Source: an uncultured Candidatus Saccharibacteria bacterium
GTDB taxonomy: Bacteria; Patescibacteriota; Saccharimonadia; Saccharimonadales; UBA4665
Direction of reading: 5' to 3'
Assembly (NCBI GenBank): GCA_964499935.1
Contig: CAZCMS010000001.1
Coordinates: forward strand, 674,452 to 738,451
Length of the DNA: 64,000 nucleotides
In this document: in pieces, positions 1 to 10,541 of the stretch
Layout: each line of letters begins with the position of its first letter
Numbering within the stretch: the stretch's first letter is position 1
Translations under genes and position numbers: made by a program
The notes under the pieces: generated by a model
Seen by the model: only the letters and a program-made list of their open reading frames with translations
Databases searched by the model: none
What the model was told of the DNA's origin: nothing

Positions 1-120
1 CTATCAGGGAAGGATATAACGATCACAAGACTAGCGCGAGGGCTGCCAATCGGCGTTGATCTAGAATACGCCGATCAAATTACACTTGGCAGGGCCCTAG
101 AGGGCCGTACGGCGCTATAA
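1..120 (+). CDS. recR: RecR recombination protein, C-terminal fragment (5' end outside window)
   Basis: Open frame from base 1 to TAA at 118-120 reads [39 protein letters not shown], the conserved RecR C-terminal pattern. Not in the ORF track because it lacks a start. Confidence 0.7.
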   Translation, partial: LSGKDITITRLARGLPIGVDLEYADQITLGRALEGRTAL

Positions 121-136
121 CTGCTATAATATCCTC

Positions 137-1183
137 ATGACATATCCAGAAACCTCGCGCGTGACCGAACTTATTTATAACGCTCAGCATATTCTTATTA
201 TTCAAGCCGACAATCCAGACGCAGATAGCCTTGGAAGCGCCCTTGCACTCGAGGCTATCGTAGGGAATATGGGCAAAAAAACGTCACTCTATTGCTCGGT
301 GGACACCCCAACTTATTTACGATACATGGATGGCTGGGACCGAGTCGGCAAAGATATTCCAAATGATTTTGACCTTTCTATTATTGTTGACGCCTCCACC
401 ATGACGTTACTTGATGCATTTCAAGCACCAAATATACATGGCGTTATTGCAAGCAAGCCATGCATTGTACTCGATCATCATGAAATCACCGACAATCCTA
501 TTCCGTTTGCAACAACTACCATCAACGACGGGACACGTGCTTCTACTGGAGAGCTCCTATTTATTATCGGCAAAGAGAGTAATTGGCCATTTGACGTTAC
601 TGCATACGAGCACATAGCAAGCACTATCCTCGGCGACACCCAAGGACTCACTAACGAGCTCGCTACACCAGAAACCTATCGTGTAATGGCCGAACTGATT
701 GAACTTGGAGTAAACCGGCCAAAGCTCGAAGAAATTCGACGTGAATTTGGCAAGATGCCAGAAGTTATCTTTCGCTACAAAGCACAGTTAATACAGCGCA
801 CTGAACTTCATAACGATGGAAAAATAGCGATCGTTACCATACCTCAACAAGAAATTAACGACTATAGCCCGCTGTACAATCCGGCTCCACTTATTCAGAA
901 TGACATCCTGCAAACGGTTGGCGTGCAACTTGCTATTGTATTAAAACATTACGACAGCGGACGAGTGACCGCTGCAATACGCGCAAATCACGGCTATATC
1001 GTGGCGGGCGAGCTGGCACGGCATTTTGGCGGTGGCGGGCACAAATATGCCAGTGGCTTCAAAATTACCGACGGAAGACCAGTAAACGAGATAAAATCTG
1101 AGTGTATCGCTAAAGCCACCGAATTACTTGAAAACTTAAACCAGGAAGAATCTCATGAAGCTATACAACACTCTTACTCGTAA
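137..1183 (+). CDS. DHH/DHHA1-family phosphoesterase (NrnA-like)
   Basis: 348-aa ORF with DHH motif (LDHHEIT) and C-terminal DHHA1 GGGGH motif (HFGGGGHKYASGF). Confidence 0.8.
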   Translation: MTYPETSRVTELIYNAQHILIIQADNPDADSLGSALALEAIVGNMGKKTSLYCSVDTPTYLRYMDGWDRVGKDIPNDFDLSIIVDASTMTLLDAFQAPNIHGVIASKPCIVLDHHEITDNPIPFATTTINDGTRASTGELLFIIGKESNWPFDVTAYEHIASTILGDTQGLTNELATPETYRVMAELIELGVNRPKLEEIRREFGKMPEVIFRYKAQLIQRTELHNDGKIAIVTIPQQEINDYSPLYNPAPLIQNDILQTVGVQLAIVLKHYDSGRVTAAIRANHGYIVAGELARHFGGGGHKYASGFKITDGRPVNEIKSECIAKATELLENLNQEESHEAIQHSYS

Positions 1184-2579
1184 CATCGAAAAAGTTACCC
1201 CTCTACAGCCTAACGCACTCACAATCTATACCTGCGGACCGACAGTATATGATTATCCGCATATCGGTAATTGGTTTACTTTTATCCGATACGACTTACT
1301 GGTACGCACGGCAAAATTATCTGGACTTACGCCAACCTGGGTTATGAATATAACAGATGTTGGCCATTTAGTAAGTGACGCCGATGAAGGCGAAGATAAA
1401 TTACAAAAAGGTGCTCATCGCGAAGGAAAAACTGCATGGGATGTGGCAGAATACTACAGCACTTACTTTTTGGATGGACTAAAGCGACTTAATATAACCC
1501 AACCTAATTTTACGCCTAAGGCTACTGAGCATATTGCCGAGCAAATTGACATGATTCAGACCCTTGAAAGCAAAGGGTATGCATACGTAATTGACGATGG
1601 TGTGTATTATGATACGAGCAAATTCGAAGGCTATGCTGCATTTGCTCGTCTCGATCTTGACGATCTGCAAGCTGGCGCTCGCGTTGAATATAATACCCAA
1701 AAACGTAATCCGTCTGATTTTGCTCTTTGGAAGTTTAGTCCAAAAGATCAAACACGAGATATGGAGTGGGACAGTCCATGGGGAAAGGGGTTTCCTGGCT
1801 GGCATATAGAATGCTCGGCTATGGCCATGAAATACCTCGGCGAAACCATAGACGTCCACTCTGGTGGCATTGATCACGTCCCAGTGCATCACACAAATGA
1901 AATTGCCCAAAGCGAAGCAGCAACCGGGAAGCGGTTTGCAAACTACTGGATGCATGCCAACCATATAACTGTAAATGATGAAAAAATTAGCAAATCACTT
2001 GGTAATAGTATTACGCTTGAAGACATAGAAGAGAAGGGAATAAGCCTTGATGCATTTCGACTACATGTTCTAGAGTCCCATTATCGTAGCCAAAGTAAAT
2101 TTAGCTGGCAAAGCCTAGAAGCTGCACAAAACCGTCTACGGAACTGGCAAGCCGTCGCCGACCTTCGGTGGCAAGCCGTCGTACATGCACCTGGAGAGGA
2201 AATATCTCAACACGAAAAAACAGTAGAATCACTCCAATGGGGAATACGCACGTTTGTGGCAAGCCTGGAAAAAGACCTTGATACACCAAATGCGTTAAGA
2301 CAAATCGATGAGATATTCAATAAAGTGGCGGACACCTTGGTAAGCAAAACCTCCTCGCAGGTCCTCGTTTCATTCGTCGAAAAGATTGACCTCGCACTCG
2401 GCACAAAGCTATTGCAGAGCAAAGACATAACACCAGAGCAATATCAGACAATAGCCGAGCGCCAGCAAGCTCGAGATAATAAAGATTGGACAAAGTCCGA
2501 TAAATTACGTGATACATTGCTAGAGCAAGGAATTGAGCTTCAAGACACACCCAAAGGCGCTATTTGGCGACGGATTTGA
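1155..2579 (+). CDS. cysS: Cysteine--tRNA ligase
   Basis: 474 aa. Class-I HIGH-type motif (YPHIGN), KMSKS-type motif (KISKSLGN), and typical CysRS N-terminus MKLYNTLTR. Confidence 0.95.
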   Translation: MKLYNTLTRNIEKVTPLQPNALTIYTCGPTVYDYPHIGNWFTFIRYDLLVRTAKLSGLTPTWVMNITDVGHLVSDADEGEDKLQKGAHREGKTAWDVAEYYSTYFLDGLKRLNITQPNFTPKATEHIAEQIDMIQTLESKGYAYVIDDGVYYDTSKFEGYAAFARLDLDDLQAGARVEYNTQKRNPSDFALWKFSPKDQTRDMEWDSPWGKGFPGWHIECSAMAMKYLGETIDVHSGGIDHVPVHHTNEIAQSEAATGKRFANYWMHANHITVNDEKISKSLGNSITLEDIEEKGISLDAFRLHVLESHYRSQSKFSWQSLEAAQNRLRNWQAVADLRWQAVVHAPGEEISQHEKTVESLQWGIRTFVASLEKDLDTPNALRQIDEIFNKVADTLVSKTSSQVLVSFVEKIDLALGTKLLQSKDITPEQYQTIAERQQARDNKDWTKSDKLRDTLLEQGIELQDTPKGAIWRRI

Positions 2580-3699
2580 CAGGCTTAACGGATTTCTTGA
2601 GCTCTTTTGCCTCAGTCGCGTTGACTTTACCTCTTGATTGCAAATAATCTATAAGCAATACCCGCAAACAGCCTGCTACTGGAATCGCAACAAGTCCGCC
2701 CAGGATACCTGCCAGGTTAATACCGATAATCACAGAAGCAAAGACGAGTAGTGGAGACATATTTGTTGCGCTTGCCTGAATTCGCGGTTGCACAACGTAG
2801 TTTTCGATTTGTTGATATAAAATGTAATATGCCAAAATACCTATCGCAGCGACTGGAGATTCGATAAGCGCAACAAGCGTTACTACTGTGGCTCCGATGT
2901 AATGACCTATCATGGGTACGAGTCCACAAATAAACACAATCGCTGCTAACGCACCTGCATACGGCACGTGCAGTATAAGCATAGCTGGCAAAATCATAAC
3001 CGCAGCTATAAAGGCGAGTGTCACCTGGCCATTTACATATCCGCGCACTACTTTATACATGTCCTGCATTAAATACATGACGCGCTCTTTTTTATCAGAC
3101 GGCAATAGTCTCTTTCCATACGATATCCAGCGAGGCCCTTCTACAAGCATCATGAATGTTAGAACCAATACCGTGAGGACTGACACTATTCCACTCCCGA
3201 CTGTACTGACAGTTGTAACGGCAGTTGAGCCTGAATTCTTGACTGTATTTGATATTTCGTCAGAAACATTCTTGGTAGCATCTTCGAGATTATTATCTCT
3301 GATAAACTTACCTATAGCGCTGTCTTGATCTTGGAGATCGTTGACTAAGCCTGGAACAGCTTTCACAAAACTCGTAACCTGTCGTGCAGCCGGCGGTACA
3401 ACAAGCGCAATAAAACCAGAAAGCACAATTACAACTATCAGGAACGATATACTTGTCGCAAGCGTCCTGCTGCCACGTCGTTTACCAGGAAGGTGTTCAG
3501 CAATCCAATGTACTGGAGCGTTAAGCGCAATCGATAGGAAAAATGCTGTAAAAATAAGGATCAAAGCATGACTTACTTTATTAAGCGCAGCAAGCCCGAT
3601 AATCGTCAGAACAACCATAATCATAACGCGTATTACTGTTCGGTTTGATATAACGATCTCGACCGTTTGATGTTTCTGATTTTTGCCAAGGAACTTCAT
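2560..3699 (-). CDS. AI-2E family transporter (PerM/UPF0118)
   Basis: 379-aa polytopic membrane protein with an AI-2E-like layout and C-terminal conserved region (YVVQPRI...SPLLV). Confidence 0.75.
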   Translation of the reverse strand: MKFLGKNQKHQTVEIVISNRTVIRVMIMVVLTIIGLAALNKVSHALILIFTAFFLSIALNAPVHWIAEHLPGKRRGSRTLATSISFLIVVIVLSGFIALVVPPAARQVTSFVKAVPGLVNDLQDQDSAIGKFIRDNNLEDATKNVSDEISNTVKNSGSTAVTTVSTVGSGIVSVLTVLVLTFMMLVEGPRWISYGKRLLPSDKKERVMYLMQDMYKVVRGYVNGQVTLAFIAAVMILPAMLILHVPYAGALAAIVFICGLVPMIGHYIGATVVTLVALIESPVAAIGILAYYILYQQIENYVVQPRIQASATNMSPLLVFASVIIGINLAGILGGLVAIPVAGCLRVLLIDYLQSRGKVNATEAKELKKSVKPVKSVAK

Positions 3700-3717
3700 A
3701 CTTTATAGTATCCTTTA

Positions 3718-4890
3718 CTATTCTCTATCTTGCAACGCCGAAGCATAGACCGTTAGGATTTTTTCTCCGACAATAGGAGTATCGTATTGCTGTACATGTT
3801 CGCGCTGCGCTCTTCGCGCAGACATACGCAAATCGGGATTATTTACATGCTTTGCAATCAGGTAGGCAAATTCTTTGGTATTCTGTGGGTTAATAAGTTG
3901 GTCTTCCATACTATCCATTACTGTTCGATACCCAGGATTATCGCCAGCTATCACGGTACCTCGGCTGGCTGCCATTGCCTCCAATAAACTAATGCCAAAA
4001 CTTTCGCCACCCAGGCTAGGGAAAACTGCAATATCTGCTTTGTACAAAAATTCTACCTTGTCGGATTCTGCAACAAATCCAGTAAAGGCAACGTATTCTT
4101 CGAGCGCAGATGCGCGCACAAACTGCTCTAACTCAGTTCGCAATACACCTTTTCCGCCAATAGTAACGTGAAATACCTCATGCGCGAGGTTATGATCAAC
4201 CATATATTTAATTGCCTGCAAGAGCTGCATACCGCCTTTGCGTCCTACAAGACGACCAAGAAATACAATTTCTACCTTAGAATTTGCACTCGATTTTAAC
4301 GGTGTTAAAAATCGAGGTACGTCAATCATATTAGGTATGATTTGCGAGTCCACCTTATACGAGCTTTTCATAAATTTTTGGGCAGCAGACGAAACACTGA
4401 TCATCGCATCAAAACGCTTTAGCTGCCGTCGTACCCAAGCGCCTAATACATGTGTCGCGTAATGCACTAATTTTGTTTCTGGAAAAATATGAAACGTACC
4501 TACAACGGCCGTATTTTTACTGGCACGATTAATAATTCTTCCGGCCAAAAAAGGGCTATACGGCATCTGTATATGCAATATATCAAAGTTAGTCTTTTTT
4601 AAGAGTCGTGAAATTAATCTTGTATTACCTGGAAGGGGTGTGCCTCCGCTGTTACCGTTAAATCTAGTTTTTATTTTTTTGCTTAGCGAATGGACATTAT
4701 CAATTCCAATATCTTTTGTTGCACTTGTCAGATAGTGCACTTCGTGTCCTTGTCCCGTCAGCCAAGCGCCAAGTGTTTTTACGTATTGCTGCACGCCATC
4801 AGGCTTGTCTAGCGAATCATCTATCACTAAGCCTATAGTAAGTAACTTACGCTCTGTGCTCTTTGATTGCGTCAAGATATACTGCTTCAT
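3718..4890 (-). CDS. Glycosyltransferase family 4
   Basis: 390 aa with GT-B fold pattern and the conserved GT4 motif FPSLGGESFGISLLEAMA. Confidence 0.8.
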   Translation of the reverse strand: MKQYILTQSKSTERKLLTIGLVIDDSLDKPDGVQQYVKTLGAWLTGQGHEVHYLTSATKDIGIDNVHSLSKKIKTRFNGNSGGTPLPGNTRLISRLLKKTNFDILHIQMPYSPFLAGRIINRASKNTAVVGTFHIFPETKLVHYATHVLGAWVRRQLKRFDAMISVSSAAQKFMKSSYKVDSQIIPNMIDVPRFLTPLKSSANSKVEIVFLGRLVGRKGGMQLLQAIKYMVDHNLAHEVFHVTIGGKGVLRTELEQFVRASALEEYVAFTGFVAESDKVEFLYKADIAVFPSLGGESFGISLLEAMAASRGTVIAGDNPGYRTVMDSMEDQLINPQNTKEFAYLIAKHVNNPDLRMSARRAQREHVQQYDTPIVGEKILTVYASALQDRE

Positions 4891-5971
4891 ATTGTTTTAC
4901 AACGTTCGGGTAATCATACTGCTGAACATTTGCTTTTGCCCAAGCACACCATAAATCACGTAGGTCTCTTTCATTCAAGAGTAGGCCTAATCTATGGGCT
5001 AAATCATCAACTCGTTTTGGATTCACCAAAGAAATTGCACCGAGGCCTTTCATGACCGAAGCATAACCGGGGTTATTGCCAGCTACCGTCACTAGCCCAG
5101 AAGCCATTGCCTCTAGTAGTACAATGCCAAAACTTTCGCCATAAATTGCAGGGGCACAGAATAAGTCAGAAGTTTTTAATAATTCTTTCTTTTTTGATTC
5201 GGTAACATATCCCAAGAAAGTCACTTTATCATCAATACCAAGTTCAGTACTCATTGCTTCTAGTTTTTGGCGATCAACACCATCTCCAGCAATTGTCAAA
5301 ATAACATTTGGATCTTTTTCTGCTAATATTTTAAATGCCTTTAGAAGATAGGGTAGTCCTTTACGCTTTTCTAGTCGTCCAACATAAAAAATAGTCTTTT
5401 TCTTGCGTTCAGTGCGCTTTCGAGGAGCATGGAAATTATTTAAATCAATACCGTTAGGAACAATAGTTACCGGCGAGTCTGTCATTGTTCGTAAATATTC
5501 TGTTGCTGCCTCACTAACTGCCGTAAATTTATGCAAATATTTTAGAACAGACTTAGTATACGGTGTTACTACCTTGGCAAATGTACGGCTCACCATAGTC
5601 TCGGGGAGTTTTGCATGAAACGTTGCAACATTCGCACATGTCGAACGGCTCAAAATCTGACGACTTAGTATAGGAATCCACGGCTCATGAAAGTGCAGTA
5701 CGTCAAAATTTTCTTCTTCCAGCATTGCATCTATCTCGGCTCCGTTGACACTACCACCGATCTGCGAAGTAGTGTGAGTAGGGGACTTAAAATCTGCTGA
5801 AGTACCAAGATAAATTGTATTCTTGAAGCTTCTGTTTGTGCCTCGCATCTTAGGGGTAATGATCTTAACATCATGACCCAGATCAATCAGTCCAGCCTGT
5901 AACGCTTTTATACATTCCTGAACACCACCGCCCTTGTTTATATCATACGGGCATACTATACCGATTTTCAT
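4847..5971 (-). CDS. Glycosyltransferase family 4 (PimA-like)
   Basis: 374 aa. N-terminus MKIGIVCPY..GGVQ and motif GESFGIVLLEAMASG. Overlaps the downstream GT4 gene, suggesting an operon. Confidence 0.8.
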   Translation of the reverse strand: MKIGIVCPYDINKGGGVQECIKALQAGLIDLGHDVKIITPKMRGTNRSFKNTIYLGTSADFKSPTHTTSQIGGSVNGAEIDAMLEEENFDVLHFHEPWIPILSRQILSRSTCANVATFHAKLPETMVSRTFAKVVTPYTKSVLKYLHKFTAVSEAATEYLRTMTDSPVTIVPNGIDLNNFHAPRKRTERKKKTIFYVGRLEKRKGLPYLLKAFKILAEKDPNVILTIAGDGVDRQKLEAMSTELGIDDKVTFLGYVTESKKKELLKTSDLFCAPAIYGESFGIVLLEAMASGLVTVAGNNPGYASVMKGLGAISLVNPKRVDDLAHRLGLLLNERDLRDLWCAWAKANVQQYDYPNVVKQYEAVYLDAIKEHRA

Positions 5972-6006
5972 AATTACCTCCTAGTATACCATCCAAATAT
6001 ACATAT

Positions 6007-6939
6007 TTACTTTGGCTTTCTGGCAAGTTCACGTTTTAACTTCGGTGGAATCATAACAGACATGTCTTTTTTATCGCCCAAAATACTCGGGGTATGAGCG
6101 TGGGAATTCATTACTACTTGCGTGTAATCACTGAACACGACACGCATATGCTGCTCGACATTATAGTTATTGAAATAATGATCGTTACTCGCAGCAACAT
6201 GCCATACAGGAAGATCTATCTTGGTCCGGCAATTATCGAGGTCAAGAAATTCACTGGTAGTTGCCCAGTGGGTGCGAACATCGTTCGATTGCCATAGCTT
6301 TACTTCAAACTTCATCATTGCGTCGAAATCTGTAGTTTCCATACCCTCGATACGTTTCTTGCCGGCAGGCAAGCGCACATAGATATTCTTTATTACAAAC
6401 GAGTTAAGTCCTATATACCGAATAAGCCACGGTACAGGTCGGGCTGCGAATACACGAGTTGCCTTTACGAAGAATTTGCGCTGTCGTGGAGAGAACAAAA
6501 AGTCGTCCCGATGCATAAATCCAACAATACTAACCAGCAAATCCACTTTTTTAGCAAGCTCAGGATTGCGCTGTAACATACGTGTTGCAACAATAAAGCC
6601 ATACGAAATACCGACAATAGTAATGCGTCTACGCTTGTATTTCATCTTAACAAACGCAGCTAGATAGTCGGCCATGTCGTCCAGCGTGGGTTTTCGGCCA
6701 ATCTTGTACATGCTGTCCATGCCACCAAATCCAGGTAGATCGACCATGGTGACAGCACCGTAATCGTTAAGATTTTCTACTAACCCAAACCAGCGCTCCA
6801 ATAAAGCATGGTGCCCGTATACCAAAAGAATCTCGCGCTTTTTATTTTTGGGAGCAGGTACCCTTAACATACGTCCACGCATGCCATGAATATTGACATC
6901 CGCTACATAGTCAGCAAGATCTTGTTGTTTTTTACCCAT
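6007..6939 (-). CDS. Alpha/beta hydrolase
   Basis: 310 aa with a nucleophile elbow GISYG and alpha/beta-hydrolase-like spacing. Confidence 0.6.
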   Translation of the reverse strand: MGKKQQDLADYVADVNIHGMRGRMLRVPAPKNKKREILLVYGHHALLERWFGLVENLNDYGAVTMVDLPGFGGMDSMYKIGRKPTLDDMADYLAAFVKMKYKRRRITIVGISYGFIVATRMLQRNPELAKKVDLLVSIVGFMHRDDFLFSPRQRKFFVKATRVFAARPVPWLIRYIGLNSFVIKNIYVRLPAGKKRIEGMETTDFDAMMKFEVKLWQSNDVRTHWATTSEFLDLDNCRTKIDLPVWHVAASNDHYFNNYNVEQHMRVVFSDYTQVVMNSHAHTPSILGDKKDMSVMIPPKLKRELARKPK

Positions 6940-7014
6940 ATTTTCTACTTACGTTCAAGTCTACGATATGAATAGACGAGACGCAAGTTACATCATCCAC
7001 AACATACACGTTGT

Positions 7015-8217
7015 TTATTTACTTTTTAGGATTGTAACCTCGGTATAGGTATTCAGTAAATCGTGAACTTTTTTAGTTTCTGCTTCTACCGTTGTGTTAT
7101 GCAAAGATTTCGAAAGAGGTACTGCAGCTTGATCTAAGGGATACAGCGCTAAATTTTTGCGCGCCAGCAAGTTTCCGGCAGCCTTTTCTGACTGCGTCCA
7201 TTCATAGTGCATATACGTTGGCAAAAAACTAAGTTTGGTTATTTTTTTGGTCGCTATATCCATGTCCATCACAGCAATACCACCAATAAGTCCATTCAGC
7301 TCTTCTTGGGTACTCAAGAAGTTTCCTAGACTAAACCATGCAGTCATCTCATTGCCGTTGGTGCCTGTAATTTTCTTAACGGGCTGGAGCCAATGCGGAC
7401 CAGTGCCAATCACCACCGCTACTCCCTGATCGGCAAAATACTGCATCCACTGCTCTTGATCGCTGTCTTGACGAGAAGTATTTTCGTGACACCAATGCGC
7501 ACCAACAATAATTACATCTGCTTGTTCGCGTGCAGCTTTTAACTGCGTATCTGTTAATGATTTATTAAGTGTATTAAGCTCGTACGATGAAAAATTATTA
7601 TCATTGGAGCACTTTGTATACGAAAGAAATGCAAATTTTACACCTTTATTCTCAAATACGCTGATTTTGTTTTGCTCCTCAGCGGAGCGTGCCGTACCTG
7701 CCACTGCCAGTGTATCAAGTCCATCCCATGTATCTCGAGTTTCTACAATACCAGTACGACCCCTATCGTTACTATGGTTATTAGCCAAATTAATGACATT
7801 ACAGCCAAGTTGATTCAAGTTTTGTGCAAATACCGGCGGAGCGTTAAATGTAGGATATCCTGAAACACCTAAACTTTTTGCACTCGGTGATTCTTGGTTA
7901 CAAAAAGAAATATCACGATCTTTAAGATATGTTTCAACATGAGTAAACATTGGCAGGTAGTCATATCCAGCTGAAGTTTTAGCAGCCTGGTTAACTGTAT
8001 CGTGAGGCAACATGTCACCAGTAGCAATTATTCGAATAGTCGACTTTTCTTGCTTGGGAGCAGCTTTTACCGGCTGTTGGGATACGTTTGGCGCTGGCTC
8101 ATTTTTTTGGGACGCATATATGTATCCACCAACTCCAACCACCAACAATACTAAGGCTACACCTAGGAATAATTTTTTTCGTGATTTGTTTTTTCTGTTA
8201 CTCATTCGATTTCGCAT
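7015..8217 (-). CDS. CapA-family (PGA_cap) metallophosphatase-like envelope protein
   Basis: 400 aa with an N-terminal TM anchor and motifs IIATGDMLPHD, ANNHSNDRG, GAHWCHE. Confidence 0.75.
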   Translation of the reverse strand: MRNRMSNRKNKSRKKLFLGVALVLLVVGVGGYIYASQKNEPAPNVSQQPVKAAPKQEKSTIRIIATGDMLPHDTVNQAAKTSAGYDYLPMFTHVETYLKDRDISFCNQESPSAKSLGVSGYPTFNAPPVFAQNLNQLGCNVINLANNHSNDRGRTGIVETRDTWDGLDTLAVAGTARSAEEQNKISVFENKGVKFAFLSYTKCSNDNNFSSYELNTLNKSLTDTQLKAAREQADVIIVGAHWCHENTSRQDSDQEQWMQYFADQGVAVVIGTGPHWLQPVKKITGTNGNEMTAWFSLGNFLSTQEELNGLIGGIAVMDMDIATKKITKLSFLPTYMHYEWTQSEKAAGNLLARKNLALYPLDQAAVPLSKSLHNTTVEAETKKVHDLLNTYTEVTILKSK

Positions 8218-8279
8218 ACGCCTATCGTATCACACGCGTTATGTACCATAAGCGTATATCGCTGCTATACTATACATCT

Positions 8280-9056
8280 ATGAAGAAGAAAATTATTATC
8301 GTCGCTGTTATTGCTGTACTTATTGGGGTAGGCGGAGCATTTTTCATAAAATCCAGAGGCATCAGCGAGGAGTCCTCGCAACAAAAATCATACACTCAAA
8401 GTAACAAAACTACAGACAAGAAACAGGCACCAGAATTTAATAAAACACAGTTTTCAACAACTGATCCGGCAAGTTTATGGGTAGTGGTTAATAAACAACA
8501 TCCACTCAATCCCCAAACATACAATCCAGATGATCTTGTGCTCCCTAATGTCTCTCTGCGCATTCCGGGTGCTGCACAAATGAAAATGCGCAAAGAGGCT
8601 GCCACAGCGATTGAGCAAATGTTCCAGGACGCAAAATCAGCTGGCCTTAATTTGCAGATTACCACTGCTCACAGAGGTTATGCCTACCAAAAAACGTTAT
8701 ACGATGGCTACGTCGCCGAACAAGGCAAAAGCGTCGCCGATACACAAAGCGCTCGTCCAGGCTACAGCGAACACCAGTCAGGCTGGGCAGCAGATATACG
8801 CCCAGAAAGCGGAAAGTGTTATCTAGAAGCGTGCTTTGGCGACATGGAAGAAGGGAAATGGCTTGCCGAAAATGCACATTCATATGGCTTCATTCTGCGC
8901 TATCCGCAAGGCAAGACAGATATCACTGGTTACACATACGAGCCTTGGCATTTTCGTTATGTAGGCAAAGAATTAGCTGCAGAAATGAAAAAGCAGAACA
9001 TCCTTACACTTGAAGAATTTTTCGGTCTTGGTCCAGCACCAGATTACGGGCAGTAG
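8280..9056 (+). CDS. D-alanyl-D-alanine carboxypeptidase, VanY/M15B family
   Basis: Motifs SEHQSGWAADI and EPWHFRYVG. Start moved to the internal ATG at 8280 (MKKKIIIVAV, signal/TM) because the track start at 8088 overlaps the CapA gene. Confidence 0.85.
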   Translation: MKKKIIIVAVIAVLIGVGGAFFIKSRGISEESSQQKSYTQSNKTTDKKQAPEFNKTQFSTTDPASLWVVVNKQHPLNPQTYNPDDLVLPNVSLRIPGAAQMKMRKEAATAIEQMFQDAKSAGLNLQITTAHRGYAYQKTLYDGYVAEQGKSVADTQSARPGYSEHQSGWAADIRPESGKCYLEACFGDMEEGKWLAENAHSYGFILRYPQGKTDITGYTYEPWHFRYVGKELAAEMKKQNILTLEEFFGLGPAPDYGQ

Positions 9057-9058
9057 AA

Positions 9059-9979
9059 ATGAAGTTTAAAAGCAATGCACCCAACCGCAAGTCCTATCGT
9101 AAAGTAACGAGCATTTTGATTTTGATGGTCCTGGTCGGATTTGGAGTATGGTTTTTTACTATACGCAGCAACAATACCTCAGCAGATAGCCAAAGCTCAT
9201 CAGCTAAATCAGACGTAACGACGCAAGAGGAGAAAAAGAAAGTACCTAAAACAGTTGTCGATACGGCTCTTGAGACAAAAATAAAAGATTGGGTCGCCAC
9301 TCGACCAGCCTCGTACTCTATAGAACTTACAGAACTTGAAAGAAGCGACAAGACCTTAGACTTGCGCACGGCCAGCTACAACGCGGACAAATCCATGGTA
9401 CCTGCTAGCACCTATAAAGTCCTACTCGCATATGCAGCACTTCACGAAATAGAGCAGGGCACGTATACACTTCAATCCCAAACGCGATCTGGGCAAACAA
9501 TAGAGACATGCCTTAACTTAATGATCGTAAAGTCAGATAACGATTGTGGCAGAGCGATAGGATTTTTATTAGGCTGGAAACACGTAAACGAGCTGCTCAA
9601 ACAGAAAGGACTTACTAGTACCGACTTCGATAACTACACCACAGGAAGCGATGAGCCTGTAGGAGAAAAATACACGACCGCTCATGATACGCAGATTATT
9701 TTAACTTCTCTATACTCAGGTAAATTATTGAATACCGTACACACAGACTTGCTACTAGGGCTTATGAAGAAGCAGATCTGGAAAGAGCGAATTGTTACTG
9801 GCATACCAGAAGGAGTCGTAGTTGCGAGTAAGCCGGGCTGGTTACCTGGAGTTCAAACCGATATAGCAATTGTATATGGCGCTCACAGCACTTATGCGCT
9901 CAGTATCCACTCTACAGAAAGCAGAGCAGCACCACTCGCTGAGTTATCTAAAATAATATACGACTACCTAAATAGCTAA
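9059..9979 (+). CDS. Class A beta-lactamase-fold serine hydrolase
   Basis: SxxK (STYK), SDN (KSDND) and KTG-like (KPG) motifs in the correct order, plus an N-terminal TM anchor. Confidence 0.7.
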   Translation: MKFKSNAPNRKSYRKVTSILILMVLVGFGVWFFTIRSNNTSADSQSSSAKSDVTTQEEKKKVPKTVVDTALETKIKDWVATRPASYSIELTELERSDKTLDLRTASYNADKSMVPASTYKVLLAYAALHEIEQGTYTLQSQTRSGQTIETCLNLMIVKSDNDCGRAIGFLLGWKHVNELLKQKGLTSTDFDNYTTGSDEPVGEKYTTAHDTQIILTSLYSGKLLNTVHTDLLLGLMKKQIWKERIVTGIPEGVVVASKPGWLPGVQTDIAIVYGAHSTYALSIHSTESRAAPLAELSKIIYDYLNS

Positions 9980-10016
9980 TTTGTACATTAAACTTGATTT
10001 GCTTTTGCTTTTTGGA

Positions 10017-10045
10017 TTGAAATTTTAACCATAAAACGCTACAAT
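10017..10045 (+). promoter_or_regulatory. Sigma70-like promoter for tRNA-Gln
   Basis: TTGAAA (10017-10022) and TACAAT (10040-10045) with a 17-nt spacer, about 18 nt upstream of the tRNA. Confidence 0.5.
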
Positions 10046-10062
10046 AGGCGAGTTATCACTGA

Positions 10063-10137
10063 TGGGACGTGGCCAAGTGGTAAGGCACCTGGTTTTGGTC
10101 CAGGCATTCGGGGGTTCGAATCCCTCCGTCCCAGCCA
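10063..10137 (+). tRNA. tRNA-Gln (anticodon UUG), CCA encoded
   Basis: Hand-folded cloverleaf. Acceptor TGGGACG/CGTCCCA, anticodon stem CCTGG/CCAGG with loop TTTTGGT, T arm GGGGG-TTCGAAT-CCCTC, then discriminator G and CCA. Confidence 0.85.
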
Positions 10138-10149
10138 AGTTGAAGCATA

Positions 10150-10180
10150 AAAAAGGACCTCCATAAAGGTCCTTTTGTTC
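10150..10180. terminator. Bidirectional rho-independent terminator
   Basis: AAAGGACC-loop-GGTCCTTT hairpin flanked by an A-run and a T-run, directly after the tRNA. Confidence 0.55.
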
Positions 10181-10193
10181 TACTTACTGTAAT

Positions 10194-10507
10194 TTATAAA
10201 TTCTCAAGTGGTATACCAGTTTTCTCGGATACCTTACGTGCCCAAGTAATAAGTTTTTCTATTTGATTATCGCGAGCTGCAAGTTCAGTTTCATATTTAT
10301 CGATCCGTCCGATGAAACCATCTATGGTATTGAGGAGGCGGTTATGGGGATTCTTTGAGCTCAGTTATATCCTGCTCAATTTTATTAAATCTTCCGTCGA
10401 CTTGATACATAAAAGCCTGAATCAAGCCAACGATTTCTTCGGTTTGCTTTTGCAGCAGGGTATTTAGTGTATCATCAAGCTCTTCTTGGGCTGACGTAAT
10501 TACTCAT
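10194..10507 (-). pseudogene. Frameshifted small coiled-coil gene
   Basis: Two adjacent minus-strand frames read ..EELDDTLNTLLQKQTEEIVGLIQAFMYQVDGRFNKIEQDITELKE and NPHNRLLNTIDGFIGRIDKYETELAARDNQIEKLITWARKVSEKTGIPLENL-stop. They join only through a frameshift, and there is no clean start. Confidence 0.3.
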
Positions 10508-10541
10508 AACCAATATTATACCACTTATAAATTATCTGATT

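Noticed and set aside
8088-8279. N-terminal extension of the VanY-type ORF.
   Set aside because: It overlaps the divergent CapA gene start and the promoter region. The internal MKKKIIIV plus signal/TM segment is a far better start.
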